From positions 41,664,001 to 41,728,000 of the forward strand of contig OX597835.1 of NCBI GenBank assembly GCA_951406725.2: DNA of 64,000 nucleotides. Reading direction: 5' to 3'. The first letter of the stretch is position 1; each line of letters opens with the position of its first letter. Below the pieces are notes generated by a model that ran no database searches, was not told the origin of the DNA, and saw nothing but the letters and a program-made list of their open reading frames with translations. This stretch comes from Octopus vulgaris (taxonomy: Eukaryota). The position numbers were made by a program, and so were the translations under genes. Shown here one piece after another: positions 48,464 to 61,049 of the stretch.

Positions 48464-49017
48464 GGATTAGTTTATGCACAACTCCATTGTCTTCCAAGAC
48501 AAAAGAATACCGACAACAACATGTTCTTTATAACATAGTGCATAAGTATATAAAATCAAATCTGTCACTCTGAAAAATACCCATGTTATTATTTGTATCT
48601 ATATACACACGTGAAATATACACAATTTAATTTTATAGCATTCACACATGCATACACACAGCAAATAAATTCCTGTACAAAGTAATCCGGCTGTTTACTT
48701 TCATACTTACTATTGTCTTTGTTCTTTGCAGTGAATTTGTGCCTTATCCATAATCCGACCAACAAAGAAATAACAGCCATAAATATAACAATGAGTGGAG
48801 ACTTGTTTTTGTGGAAATCGCTGTGGATAGTTCCCTCCATGCATTGCAAGTTTTCTTAGCTTGCTGTTCTAAGAATAACTTCTCAAATAATGAAGTCCCT
48901 GAAGCACTGCAAGAAAACTCCAGCTGAAGGCCCAACACTGTGGATCATGGGCTCTAAACCATAATACTTATAAACTCAGAATTGCAGAGCTACAAATTGC
49001 TGTGACCTGCCATTGTG

Positions 49018-49368
49018 AAATACATACAGAAAACCATTCATCATCATCATTGTTCGACCGTGGTCGAGACAATGGAATTTACTATGTTATGCCAGACCTC
49101 ACGGTCCATCATAGCACTATGGAGGTCTTGTTGCTGGATGCCTGTATCCCTGGAGATTACATCAGGGTAGGAGAGTGTGCACCCTCTGGTATCGCGAGCA
49201 GATGGCTTCCAGAGGAGAAGAGTAGAAGTTACCTTTTTTCTGCTCTACAACAATGTCCAGCAAACTGGACTCTCCTACCTTTCACAAGAGATGATACAGG
49301 TGGTAGTTTCCCATATATTTGTACTTTGGTTGGATGATGCTTCCACGAGAGATTTTGAGCTCTCGTAA
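49018..49368 (-). mobile_element. RTE/RTE-X LINE 3' end with a (GAT)n tail
   Basis: HPTKVQIYGKLPPVSSLVKGRRVQFAGHC...LLLWKP...DTG...AMMDREVW followed by GATGATGAT. Confidence 0.75.
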
Positions 49369-49949
49369 GGAGGCGAGTGTAAGTTCTATCCAACCGCCTC
49401 TCAAGCTTCTTTGATAACCATTGAAATGAAACCCAATGGAAAGATGGGAGTATATTGAGGGCAGATAAAGTTCAGGAGAAATGAATTTAAAAGGAAAATA
49501 TTTTTCTTTGATTAAATTGGATTTTAAAGGAAGATTTTCAAAACAATAAAAAAAAGTTTAAAATGACTGAATTTCTAACAATTTCCATTGGGGGAAACAC
49601 TGAATTTCAGTTTGGTTTATGAGTGATAAAAAAAATAAATCCCTTGGATTTCTAGGCTTAATTCCTATAAGCAAGGCAACTAGAGAGCCTTATTCAGTTT
49701 TGCTGTTGAAGAAATTAGAAATGTGGCCAGAAACTTATAAATTGCATTTTTCTTTTTTTTTTTTTTTCTTTTTTGTTAATTGGTTGGGACGACGGACTAC
49801 ATTAACTTTTTCTGCTCTCCGCTAAAAGCTTTCTATTTCTATGTACACTACAAATGTATCTGTCATTCATTGGCATTATGCATTTGTGTGTTGAAACCTT
49901 GAGATTTCTGTTCCTTGAAGTTTCCTGACTGTTTAATCAGACAGGTAAT

Positions 49950-50480
49950 CATCATGATCATCATTTAACATCCGCTTTCCATGCTAGCATGGGTTGGACG
50001 ATTTGACTGAGGGCTGGCAAACCAGATGGCTGCACCAGACTCCAATCTTGATCTGGCAGAGTTTCTACAGCTGGATGCCCTTCCTAACGCCAACCACTCC
50101 GAGAGTATAGTGGGTGCTTTTACGTGCCACCGGCATGAGGGCCAGTCAGGCGGTACTGGCAACGACCATGCTCAAGTGGTGTTTTTTACGTGCCCCCAGC
50201 ACAGGAGCCAGTCCAGTGGCACTGGCAATGACATCACTCGTATGTTGCTTTTCATGCGCCACCGGCACAAGTGCCAGTAAGGTGACGCTGGTTACAATCA
50301 CGCTCAAATGGTGCTTTTTACGTGCCACCGGCATGGAAGCCAGTTTGTTGCTCTGGCAACAATCAAGCTCAGATAGTCTCTTAGCGCTCCACTAGCACGG
50401 ATGCCAGTCATCGAATTTGATTTCGATTTTGATTTCACTTGTCTCAACAGGTCTTTGCAAGCAGAGTTTAGTGTCCAATG
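49950..50480 (-). mobile_element. (GAT)n-tailed SINE/LINE-derived repeat with internal ~65-bp tandem units; copies at 7920-8290, 11870-12075, 14140-14450, 21090-21340, 24490-24900, 29190-29490, 38985-39297, 40755-40878 and 44578-44860
   Basis: Shared GGCGTTAGGAAGGGCATCCAGCTGTAGAAAC...CCAACCCATGCTAGCATGGAAAGCGGACGTTAAATGATGATG. Confidence 0.8.
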
Positions 50481-51646
50481 AAGGAAAGGAATGCAAGCCA
50501 TTTAAATTCATGAATACAATATGAACCCCTTGTCTCCTGTTTTTCAAATGTTTCCTGTACTTGATGACACGTGGCTGGAAAAGTAATATTTAATACTTTT
50601 GCCTTGTTTTAAACAAACTTATGTGATAAGATTCAAAGTAAGGAGGATAAAAATGTTGGCAAACCACAAAATGAATTGCTCAAGGAATTTTAAGACTGAA
50701 CCATTCTTGTCTCTCAGCTTACCAAAGTTGATTCCCATGAACTTTACTGCAATAATTCTTTCATTACAAAAGTCTTTAGAACAGACTTCAATAACATGTC
50801 AGACATTAATTCAGATTAAATTTTGAAAAGAATGCAAGTTTCAACAGAAATGCAACACGAACGGAACTCTAAAACTAAAAACCTGATTCTACTACAAGCT
50901 CACTGTCAAAGTGCTTGCCTCCTTGGCAAGAGATTTAGGGATGACAAAATTTAGCCCTGCTGGGGGTTTTAAATTGGTTTAAAGAATTCACATTTTCTGT
51001 GCTATATACATTTAAAACTTTAGTGGAAGCATTATCAGCTTTATTGAAGAATACATTTTGACTAGAAATTACCATTTATGATAAATGAAATTCCTAAAGA
51101 TGGGAATATTTTTGAATTAATCTCTCACCATTCAAGGAATTGTTTTCCCTTACGATTTTTAATATCACCTGTAGGCAATGATGTAGACTTGAGAATATTC
51201 TTGCTTGCAGCATCAGTGAGAGCAAAAGCAAGAAATAAAATGTAACTTGAGCTTATTTGACACTATTGTGAGAATTAAGACCACTTGCTCACAGACCTCT
51301 CCAATGTTCAGTGATTTTATAATCCATTAAAACTGTTCTACTTTCATTCTGGATTACAAATGGCAAATGTCTGCTTTTCATACAATGTAAGTATCAGAGC
51401 CATTTTTACATATTTTGAATTTGTTTTGCAAGAGTTTTGATATGAAACTGTGGAAATCAATGCCGGGGCAGTGAAAATTTAATGAAAACCACATTCATCA
51501 GTTGTTTGTCTATATTTCACAACTTTCTCCAAAACAATGATTGTCTCCACAAATATTGCTACTGATCAAAAAATATTTGGGTGGCTGTGGAAGGTAAAGA
51601 AACTCCTTTGGAACAAGTGAAATACCAAGAAACAATTTCTAGGTTA

Positions 51647-52012
51647 CTAGCACAATGACCCAGCAGTGCTGGTCATAGTGCTAGTGCATGCATATACAGC
51701 TGCATGCGTGCGCACATACACTCAAGTACTGTCCAAATCTCCGACCAATCACATACAGCTAGCTGACATTCAATTGGTGTAACAAGTTTTGGGCATTTTG
51801 ATTGGGTTTTGGATAGAAAATTCACAAAAAAGTCACTTCTATTGATTTTTTAATGGCTTTGTGGGGTGACTGGGGAAATGTAAAGATGTGCACGGCCACC
51901 CATGGACGGTTTTGAATGACCATAGAAAGTACGAGCCCTCTAACTGAAAAATTGTGGATTTGTATAAAGGATACACACGCACACAGACATTTTGCCATTT
52001 ATATATAGAGAG
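51647..52012 (+). mobile_element. Non-autonomous Helitron/Helentron-like element; related pieces at 34502-34670 and 22973-23229
   Basis: ACTAGC... 5' hairpin and a 3' ACACAGACA...TTTATATATAGA end typical of DINE-1/HINE-like elements. Confidence 0.45.
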
Positions 52013-54879
52013 ATACAGAGACTCTTCCTAAATATAATATTGTAGAATGTTTGGCTCTCATACTCATGGCTCCTCTGTTCCCACTCACTTCCACCCACCT
52101 TGAATCTTGAGGGTCCACCTGGACACTTATTCTACCTTATTCAATCTAAATTCTTCTAAATGTGATGAACCATGATGCTTCTCTACAACAAAAGTATCTT
52201 TCGCCCCCTCCTCTTATTCTTGAACATTCTCTCTCCCCTCCCAAGGTTCATAGTCATGTAAACTGCTGGACAAACTCACGAGTGATGTTGGCACGAAAAA
52301 ATCACCCAATACCCTCTGAAAACTTGGTGTTAAAGCCATCCAGCCATAGAAAACCATGAAATGATTTGAATCTTAAAAGATTAGGATTTAAAAAAGGGTG
52401 TTTTGTTTTTGCTTTTTTTTTTTTTTTTAGAATTTCAATTTTCTGTCTCTTATTTTTTAATTTCATTTTCTAGGAAATGCTTTGGCTTTTGTGGGGTCCT
52501 GAAAACGAAGCAGCTCAAGACTTTTGGTGATTTGCATATCATTGAGTTTTTGTTCTGGAATTTTCCCTGAAAGAAAAAAAAGAAGTTAAAAGGTGAGTGC
52601 AATTCTGTGTTACTGAATATTTCTTGCATTATATTTATGTATTGGCAAAGTTACAGAAAATGGTACAACAAATAATTTTTATTTTTTGCAGAGTTATAGC
52701 AATGTCTCAAATTTGAAAAAAAAACTTCAAAGAAAAATCAAAACTGGAAAAGCTGTGGAAATTTTTAGGTGGATGTAGAACTGAAATTTTTTTTCTCATT
52801 ATCTTTGTTCAGCACAGAATTTTTTTTTTTTTTTTTTTTTTCAAATTTAATTGGTTGGGGTTTATAACAAACTCCACACAAGAAAATTTAAAATATATTA
52901 GCATTATCTATCCTGTCTTATCTATTGATTGTTTGATCATAGAAGTATTTGGTAATGGTGTTAGAACCAGATTTTGCCACTTGTCTTCGTCTTCTGCTAC
53001 TCTGAGTCAGCAAAATTGAGGATTGTCCAATCTTTGTTACAAACCCATCTTCTCCTTGTCCTGCTTTGCTTTCGTCCACCTTCCACTGTGACTTGCAGAA
53101 TTGTCTTTGCTATAATCCACAGATTGAATAATGTATCTTTGCAAAATTTTATTAAAAATTAAGCATTTTTAACTGTAATTGCGAAACAAATTAGAGAACA
53201 GCGGGAGGGTCACCAAAATGCAGTTGTAGCACCCTCAAAATTCTGAGTTCAAATCCCACTGACATTAATGTTGCCCTTCCAGTGACAAAGTACCACTCAA
53301 ATGCTGAGGTTGACAATATCTACTGTTCCCTGTACTTTTCAAGAGCTATTTTATAGTTTATTAGGTTTTGTAAAGGTTAATTTTTTAAATTATTGATGTT
53401 TTACAGAATATTAATGATTCTACAATCAGAATTATTGATTCCTCGTCATTTAATATCCATTTTTCATGAATGCATGGGTTGGATGTCTTGAGGGAAGCTG
53501 GCAAGGCTAGGGGCCATACTTCTGGACTGTAGGTAGGAACAGTGGGAATCTTGCTTCGATCATGCGTGTCACTAAGGTGCTGAGGCATTTGGCTCTGTTA
53601 CACTATATTTACTGCACTTTTCCCAGTTTTTAACATGTGCAGTCTCACAGTGCACCCATCAAAGCAACATGCATGAACGGATGCACTGTCCACTTCAAGT
53701 ATATTCAGCAACCCCCAAGTGAGACTTGGGGGGGGGGACACACTGAAGTGGCATGGGCAGTGCCAGCTGACTGGATCCATACTGAGGAGGGGTCTAGTCT
53801 GTCTCGCCTCATCCCTGTGTTGATGGTGCAAGGGACGAGAGCTCAAAATACGATCTAGACAGACCCTTAGATGCATCAGTCCCTGAACATATTGTAGGTG
53901 CAGAGCATAGCAGTTCCACACAGTAGTTGCCAAAAAGCTTTCTCAGATCCCAATGTCCAGTAGTGCCATCTCCATCTAAATGTTGCATTTTCTCTGCCAA
54001 ATCCAATTCTCAATAACATTACCATTCTACCAAGTCCACATTAACATCATTTAATGCCAAATCTATTCTTGTAGTTGGTTCAGTTTCTTCCCATAAACTC
54101 CTTGCTTGTGATATCAGTCTCTACAGTAATGTTTAAGGAAGCATTTCTTTGACCATAGGTAATCATAAACAGGTTTCTGTACCAGGTGCCAATTTCCTCA
54201 TAATGGATTCTCACATTAGTTTTGTCACATGAGTATCTAACATAATTTTACTTTTTGAGTTCTGATGTTTCTTTTACTAGACTCAAATCACTAAATGAAA
54301 TGTGGGTTTATAGAACCAATGTTTAATGAAACAAATTATCTTGCAAGAAATACAGTTCTGGCATCTGTACTTGACTGGTGGAATGACTAATTTCATTCAG
54401 TAATTCCAGATATTCCATAATTCCCTCAAGTCTGTGACTAGACTGCATCGTCTTGCCAGCTGGTAGCAGCAGTTAATTGTATCTGATGAAGTGTTGTAAT
54501 CTGGACAATTTGAAGTGTCTTCTCCTGTCCAGTCTATTTCTGTTTTTTGATGAGATCTATGATGAAAATTATTCTAGCCATGGCCCCAATTGCCTTTCTA
54601 AGCCCCACCCCCATGTTTTGTGTACCTGGAACAGTTATTTCTTTTCATTCCTTAGATATTTATTTGGTAATAATTTCTACTTTTGCCAAGAGTGTGGTGG
54701 TAGTTATGGTAGATGTTGTTGTTGCTGGTAAATGGAAATGTCTTTCACAGACCCTGTCAACATGTTCAAGTTGCTGGAAGTGTAAACAATGCCAAATACA
54801 ATAGCTTGTTTACTTTAAAATTGATGTCTTAAAGTGTATGGATTGCCATTCATTCCATTTGCTGCTAGAGATATATTCT

Positions 54880-55980
54880 TATAATATTTATTGGCCCTAG
54901 AGAGGGACAATACAGGACATCACAAAGTGTTCATGGGTTCGTAAATGAGCTTTAAAAATATGTATTTAAATATAATTAAACAATATAATTAAAAATTTTT
55001 AAACCTTGGCCATGAAGTCCGCCAGCAGCACTGTACCATTTTACTGTGGTTGAAATTAAGCAGGGGTCATTCACCTGCAACTTTCTTTCCACATCCTTCC
55101 ATCTTTTCCCATATACACTTTGTGACAGGCGTCTTTTCTCTAGCCCCTATCTTGCTCTTCAGATGATGTCTAAAGTAGTACAGCAAGCCAGGGCTGGAGA
55201 TGAATGTTCCTGTTGCGACTCCTTTCATTCTAGATTTCCATATACATTCTTTGAGTATTGCAACTGTGCATAAGAAACATGCCTTACCTTCCTTCGACGA
55301 TCCGGGTGGTGGCGCAATCTTAATCCTGAACTCTGCTGATAGCTGTACTCTTCCCATATGTGACAGCTCTTGTTCTATGTAAATTATAAAAGCCTGAAAG
55401 CTCCGGACACTGAACAAATGAATGCAGAATGGTTTCATTGTCCTGCCTGCACCTTGGGCGTACCAGTGGCACTGACATTCCATGCCTAGACAGTTTATCA
55501 TGAACAGGTAAAGCACTGCCAGGCCAGGGATTTCTGGTAGTTACCCAGGTACCCTGGCCTGAAAGTTCTTTTGATCAGGTTGGTTAACTGGCCCTCATTG
55601 GGCCCCAGAGCCCCTCCTAGGGCATCATCCCTCTTGAACTCTACCAGCCTGCTATAGAGTATTGAGGTGGTACTCTCACTGCCAGCCTTACCCGCCTTGT
55701 GGATTAACACGAGTGCCTGTTGGCACTTTTTGCCATTCAGTTAGGTTATGTCTTTTTATGAAACTGGGTTTAAACTCCTCAAAGGAGGCCCGTCGCGGAA
55801 AGAACATGTGTTTGCGGATTCCACACCTGTTCACCTTCCAGGTAGAGCCAGAGGTTCCTTGGCCTCAGCGCATGTTTGCACATCATCAGCCACGGCATCC
55901 CTAACCCACCCTTTAGTGGGTTTTGGCAGCAGACAGAGTGCCTCACAAGCAGTTTTCCTCCCCTCCACAAAAAGCAAAAT
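54880..55980 (-). mobile_element. Tx1/L1-type LINE ORF2 C-terminal part and 3' end (degenerate)
   Basis: FCFLWRGG...CCQNPLKGGLGMPWL; KSLAWQC; PRCRQDNETILHSFVQCP (zf-RVT/CCHC-like); KECIWKSR; several frameshifts; AATAAA near 54890. Confidence 0.72.
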
Positions 55981-58900
55981 CGGGGAGATGGAGCATCCTT
56001 CGCGCCCCAACTCTTATTGCCATATCTAGTTCCTCCAGTGCTACTTTCGATGGTATCGCCTGTGTTAGTCCGTAAAACAGGCTCGGCAAGTAGTATTGCT
56101 GTAGCATCATGAGCTTTTGACGGGGCTTTAGGGGAGCCCGGCATATATTGTCCATGCATCGTGATACGGTCTCTACCGATGTGTCTCTGTTCTGTGTCGA
56201 CCAGGGGAGAGCTTTTACCCCTAAGTACGGCACGCTTTCGTCCGGTTCGACTCGTGGCAATGGGCACCCATTGAGTTCTGGCGGCGACGTCACGTTAACT
56301 AGGAATGACTTTCCCCAGTTCCGAATGGAGAACCACGCACATTTGGAGACGTTAATGGAGAGCCCTACCGCGTGGTAGAACTCCGAGCAAAGATCGAGGA
56401 GGCTCTGTAGTCCCCGGCTAGAGCCGGAGACTAGCACTAAGTCGTCCGCATACGCGAGGCCCGCCATGACCGCACCACCGATCTGGAGGCCCATATTGGC
56501 GGGCAGGGCTCCCAGCAGCAGGTCGGTCGCGATGTTGAATAGGAGCGGTGATAGGGCATCGCCCTGTCGGACACCGCGCCTAATCTCGATCGGCGTGCTG
56601 CTCTCGGTCCCAATCGTGAATGTGGTGGTGGAGCCCTCGTAGAGCTGTCCCACTAGTCTGATCAGGTGGTTATCGTAGCCGAGCCTTCTCATGCCCGCAA
56701 AGATAAGGGAATGCGAGACCGTGTCGAAGGCTTTGGCTAGATCCAGGAAGGCTATTTCTAGCCCCGGGAGTTTAGGTCGGGCGTGCGTTGCCCCCCTGGC
56801 GTGGTCCAGTAGCCGGCGGAGGAGAAAGTTATTCTTGCCGCATCCGTCAGCCTTAATGAAGCCGCGCTGGGAGGGGTTGAGGGGGCGTTGCCTGGAGCAT
56901 CCTGGTGGCAAGCACCTTCATGTATAGGCGGTAAACCGCAGAACAGATGGTGAGCGGGCGCCAGTTGGCCAGGTCATTGGGGTTTCCTGCCTTCTTTCGA
57001 AGGAGGATCGACCTGCCATGCAACAGGATCCTCGGAACGCGTCCCGTTAGCAGTAGGCAGTTAAATATGTTGGCGAGGACTGCAGGGTCAACTGCCCTGA
57101 CTTCGCGAGGTGTCAGGCCATCGGGGCCGGCGGCAGAGGCCGGATCCATGCGTCTGCGGGCGATCTTTAGCTCCTCTACGGTGAACGGACACAAAATGGA
57201 GGTGTTGTCCGCTGCGGAGAAAGCCTGTCCCGGTAGAGCGCTTCGATGTCGCTCATCGGGACGGGGCACTCGCCCCCTAGGTCCTCACCAAGTATCACTG
57301 CCATAAGCTTTTTCCTGTTGAGAGCGAATAATCGCTGGAATCGTGCATAACGTGCTACCTTCGCGCGTCGATTTGATGGTCTTGGTCCAGTGCCAATTCG
57401 CTGTTTCGATGGTCCTGGTCCAGTTCCAGGGGTGGTCCGCCTTTTCCTTTCACGAGCGCTCACCCAGCGTGATGCCATGTGGCCCACCCATTCCTCTACA
57501 CGATTCTCGAACTCGATCCAGTTCAACTCCGAGCAGTCCTCGCTGAGTGCCAAGAGGCAGTCTGCGAAGGACGATGCCCAAGTGGAGTGACCTGGTGATG
57601 CAGCTTAACTGAACGGCTCCCGCCAGTCCGGGACTGCGGGCTGTGCCGTGCTCCTCATGGTCGGTGCGCTTTGCCCAGCGGCGGGGGCTTGTGGGATTTT
57701 GTTATGAACCTTTCGCAGATCGCAACGCTTGTCGCTGATCTGTTTAGCCGTCTTGTTAAGTAGCCAGGGGGCTACCCCCATATTGATCTTCTTACACCCC
57801 GCCTCCAGCAATTCCTTTTCCTTCGTTAGGAGGATCTCGACTTCTTCCTCCGTCCAGCAGCCTCGCGACGTCCGCCCTGAGGTACGTGCGAGCTGAGCAC
57901 GCTTTTCCCTCTTGTGTGCTATCTCGTTCATGCGACTATCCTGCGCCTATTCGCCTGCACAGGGTGCATATGCCTAATGTGCTGTGACAGCCCCAAAGCC
58001 GTACGGAAGGCTTGGCTGCACCATTCACATTTGTGGGGGAGCTGCTGAGATACTAGTGCCGTTGGAACCGCGTTCCCCTTGCACTTTCCTGCGTGGCAAC
58101 TGACCGAGTGGAGGTGGCCGCAGCGGCTGCACCTGTAGACAGGCTTTTGGGTATGCCTGTTGAGTACGTGGAGCCCCCATTCGAGGGGGCTCGAGAAGTG
58201 TCGAGGGCAAAGTGGACACACTATGGAAATCGACACGCATGGAATCTCCAGGGTGAACGCATCGGCCGACGGTTGGCAGGCCACGCCGCTATCAACAGCC
58301 TCCCCCATGGGCGGTCCGTCCTCATAATAGCGAGGGGGAACGGACAGGGGAAGGCCGGCGAGAGCGTCATGGTCCACCGCGAGCTCCGGCGGGAGTTGTT
58401 CACCACAGAGAACCAACGTGCGGGACGCGCATTCAAGAACAAAGCGGCCCGGTTTGTCCCTACAGACCGTAAGCGACATGAAGCCACTTTTACTAGACAT
58501 GATCGGTGGGGTCTACCTGATTACGCCGAGGAGGGCTAGACCTTGTACCCACCTCAGGGGGAAGTAGCTTTTCGCCACGGCGTGGGCACGTCCCATGCCG
58601 CAACTGATATCGAGGCCCTTCCTGGGACCTCGACACCCGTATGGCATTAAAGTTTGCATCATGTTTTTCGACCGTTTCTCCGTGAACTCGAGCCGGATTT
58701 CCAGGCAGACTGCCAGTGCACCCCAAACGCGCATAGGGGCCGCCCCAAGGAGTGATCACCAGATGCACGCACAGGTTCGCCATACACACATAGGAGGGGG
58801 GACCGGAGCCCCGCCCTTAATAACCGCCCCAGAGTCAGCGGAGTCTCCCACTGTTTTGGTTCAGTCAGGGAGATCGGGCCGCTTTCGTTAGTCCAATGCG

Positions 58901-59004
58901 ATGCAACCAATTCGGTATGGCTGAACCTACCGGTGTATCCAACACCGTCCGACGTAGCTCACATCACGGACGTAAGCTCTCTTGCCGCGACAAGGCAGAA
59001 ACCC
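55981..59004 (-). mobile_element. R2-like non-LTR retrotransposon (5' UTR, 3 zinc fingers, Myb, RT), frameshifted and lacking its own endonuclease
   Basis: CPLC...H...H, CSRC...H...C and CEWC...GLSQHIRHMHP fingers; WTEEEVEILL Myb; SAAGPDG, WRPLTI, QRGFI, FLDLAKAFDTVSH, GVRQGDALSPLLFN, AYADDL, YLG, LKPRQK; R2 similarity stops at RRMLHLP. Confidence 0.88.
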
Positions 59005-59399
59005 TTAAGAGGGAGCTGCAGGCTGGACAAAGACATGAATGATAAAGGAATGAAAAATGAAAAGATGGTTGGTGGGGGAAGCAGACAATGCCGGCTGATT
59101 GTTGCTTCCTGAAAACATTCTCTTTTTCTCGACAACACAAAATGAGATTTTGAACCTCCTACTAAAGTTCAAAGAATGGATGCAGTCGTACTTACAAGAT
59201 GAGGCGTTGAGCCTCTTACCAAAAAATACCAAATCCAGATTTCAAATCGAGGCACTAAAGCCTCTTACCTTTCCTCCCCGACCAGGTAATTTGTCCCCTG
59301 AAGGCAATCTTGCAGTTCTAAGTTAGGGCTCCAGAAAGTAAAGCTATATTGGTCCTTGGAAAAGGAGTCCATCACCCTGAACTTATCACTTTCCATCAT

Positions 59400-60900
59400 G
59401 ACCTATGCAGTTACCTGTGGAGGCCAATCTGGGTCTTCAGGACAGGACCCCTTCCCTCCAGCTTCTTCACAAAGCTGTGTACAGCCCCTCCCTTATGAAA
59501 GATCACAAATTCATCCTTCAACATAATGGGAGGGGCCACAGTTTACTCCATCAGTGGCACAATTCCCACTGACACGGTTTCAGGACATGTCGGCAGTGTA
59601 CTACTAACCGCCGGTAATGTGCCATTCTTTTTTTTCTCCCTTGTGCGATGAGCGGGTGTAGTTCTTCCGCTTTATCCAGAGGATCTTCCCTCCCTTCCAC
59701 AGTCTCGGGGTCCTTCGGTGGGCAACCATTGTTGCCCACCTTTTTCCCCTTTTTTCAAGGAGGTCTCCACTGCCTCCATCTTTCCCTCCAAAGGAGGAGG
59801 CACTACTTTTGCTAACTGCTCTAGGACCATACTTTGGTCCTGGGAACAGTTCTTAATATAGCCTAGTTCCAGGCACAGGTAACACTTGTGGTGTGGGGGG
59901 GACCCTCAAGTATCACTGAGTACCTGCAAGCAACCATTTTCAAGAAGTCTGGAAATACCAGATCTTTAGTGGCTGATTGGGTCCGCAGGGTCAAAACCGC
60001 TTTTAACCCCACCCAATCAGCCACCGGCAACAATTTCACATTTAAAAGCCTGGGCATGCTGCCATCCAGACCCCAGCGGATAGTGTTCTCTATCCATTCT
60101 TGTTCAATGCCCGGTGGTAGCCCACAGACCCAAACTCTTGTTAATTTCTTCCCACAATATGTGGGAAGAAACAGAGTTTCTTGCCCTTCCAAGGGCTGGC
60201 TCACAAATTTGCAAGCCACCTCAGGGGTGTCAAACAGCAACCACAACGTTGCATATTTAGTACCCCTGGAAATAAACTTAATAGTTGGCAGATACTCTGC
60301 CAACTCTTCTATATCTCTCTTAGGAAAGACAGCGATGGTGTCGAGTGATTTAGAATAAGTCCTTAACACCACTGTTCTTCCTCTTAGTTTTTTAGCCATT
60401 TCTTGGGTGGGATTATTTCCCACTCCAATGCAGTGTTCAATTTCTTTGCCTTGCTTTGAAGAAAAAGTTCAGTAAAAAAAGACAACAAAAGTCCAAACAA
60501 AATCAAAAAACAATTCGAAGGAAGACAAAGAGCAGAAAAACAAGAGAAAGAAGATAATTCAAAACAGCAACACACAATTCCAGCCACCGGATACTCCACA
60601 GGTACTCCAAAAGTGAACAGGAACACAGCACAGCTAAAAAAAAAATCCATCACAAATTGGTAAAAATTCAAAAAAATTTTCACAAAAATTTCACAATTTT
60701 TGGAAGCGGGACCCCCCCCCCCCCCAAATCTGCACTCTTCTCACAGCTAAGTGACACAGCGCAACTATAGGCAGACAAATACCCTGAAATCCAGTGGGGA
60801 TTTCTTGTTCGAAAAAAGGACAACAACAAACCCCACTAAATCCCCAAGAAAATTTACTGCCAGAGTCGAGCAAGCAGTGTAGGGAGATGAGTATATTAAC
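59400..60900 (-). mobile_element. Tx1/L1-type LINE 5' region with a gag-like ORF1 (59863-60423)
   Basis: RTVVL...VWVCGLPPGIEQEWI RRM-like ORF; after a frameshift at a poly-C run it reads KCYLCLELGYIKNC (degenerate CCHC knuckle); same strand as the ORF2 tail at 54880-55980. Confidence 0.6.
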
Positions 60901-61049
60901 TTTTGCAATTTGGAAGATTTTACCAAAATTTTTTTCTATTGTGTTAAGGCTTTTTTTTTTTCAATTCTGTATCTCTTAGAAAGGCTCTCAGCTCCCGCTG
61001 GACTTAGCACATGACCCCATCCATGACGTCCATTCTCTTTCTTTAGAAG

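Noticed and set aside
50110-50400. Regularly spaced ~65-bp repeats resembling a CRISPR array (also at 8040-8290 and 24490-24750)
   Set aside because: They are degenerate internal tandem units of a dispersed eukaryotic retroposon; the 'spacers' are homologous and there are no cas genes
54855-54870. Minus-strand TAGCAGCAAATG as the downstream half of a 28S R2 target
   Set aside because: The match to TAGCCAAATG is gapped, and it flanks the Tx1-type tail rather than an R2 3' end
55000-55520. CCHC-like motif as the R2 zinc knuckle/restriction-like endonuclease
   Set aside because: There is no RH..or PD..D motif; the context (FLW, LAWQC, IWxxR) fits Tx1/L1 ORF2 instead
59010-59400. APE endonuclease start of the Tx1-like ORF2
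   Set aside because: Only a vague VRGF...LDLVF resemblance; the catalytic motifs cannot be identified
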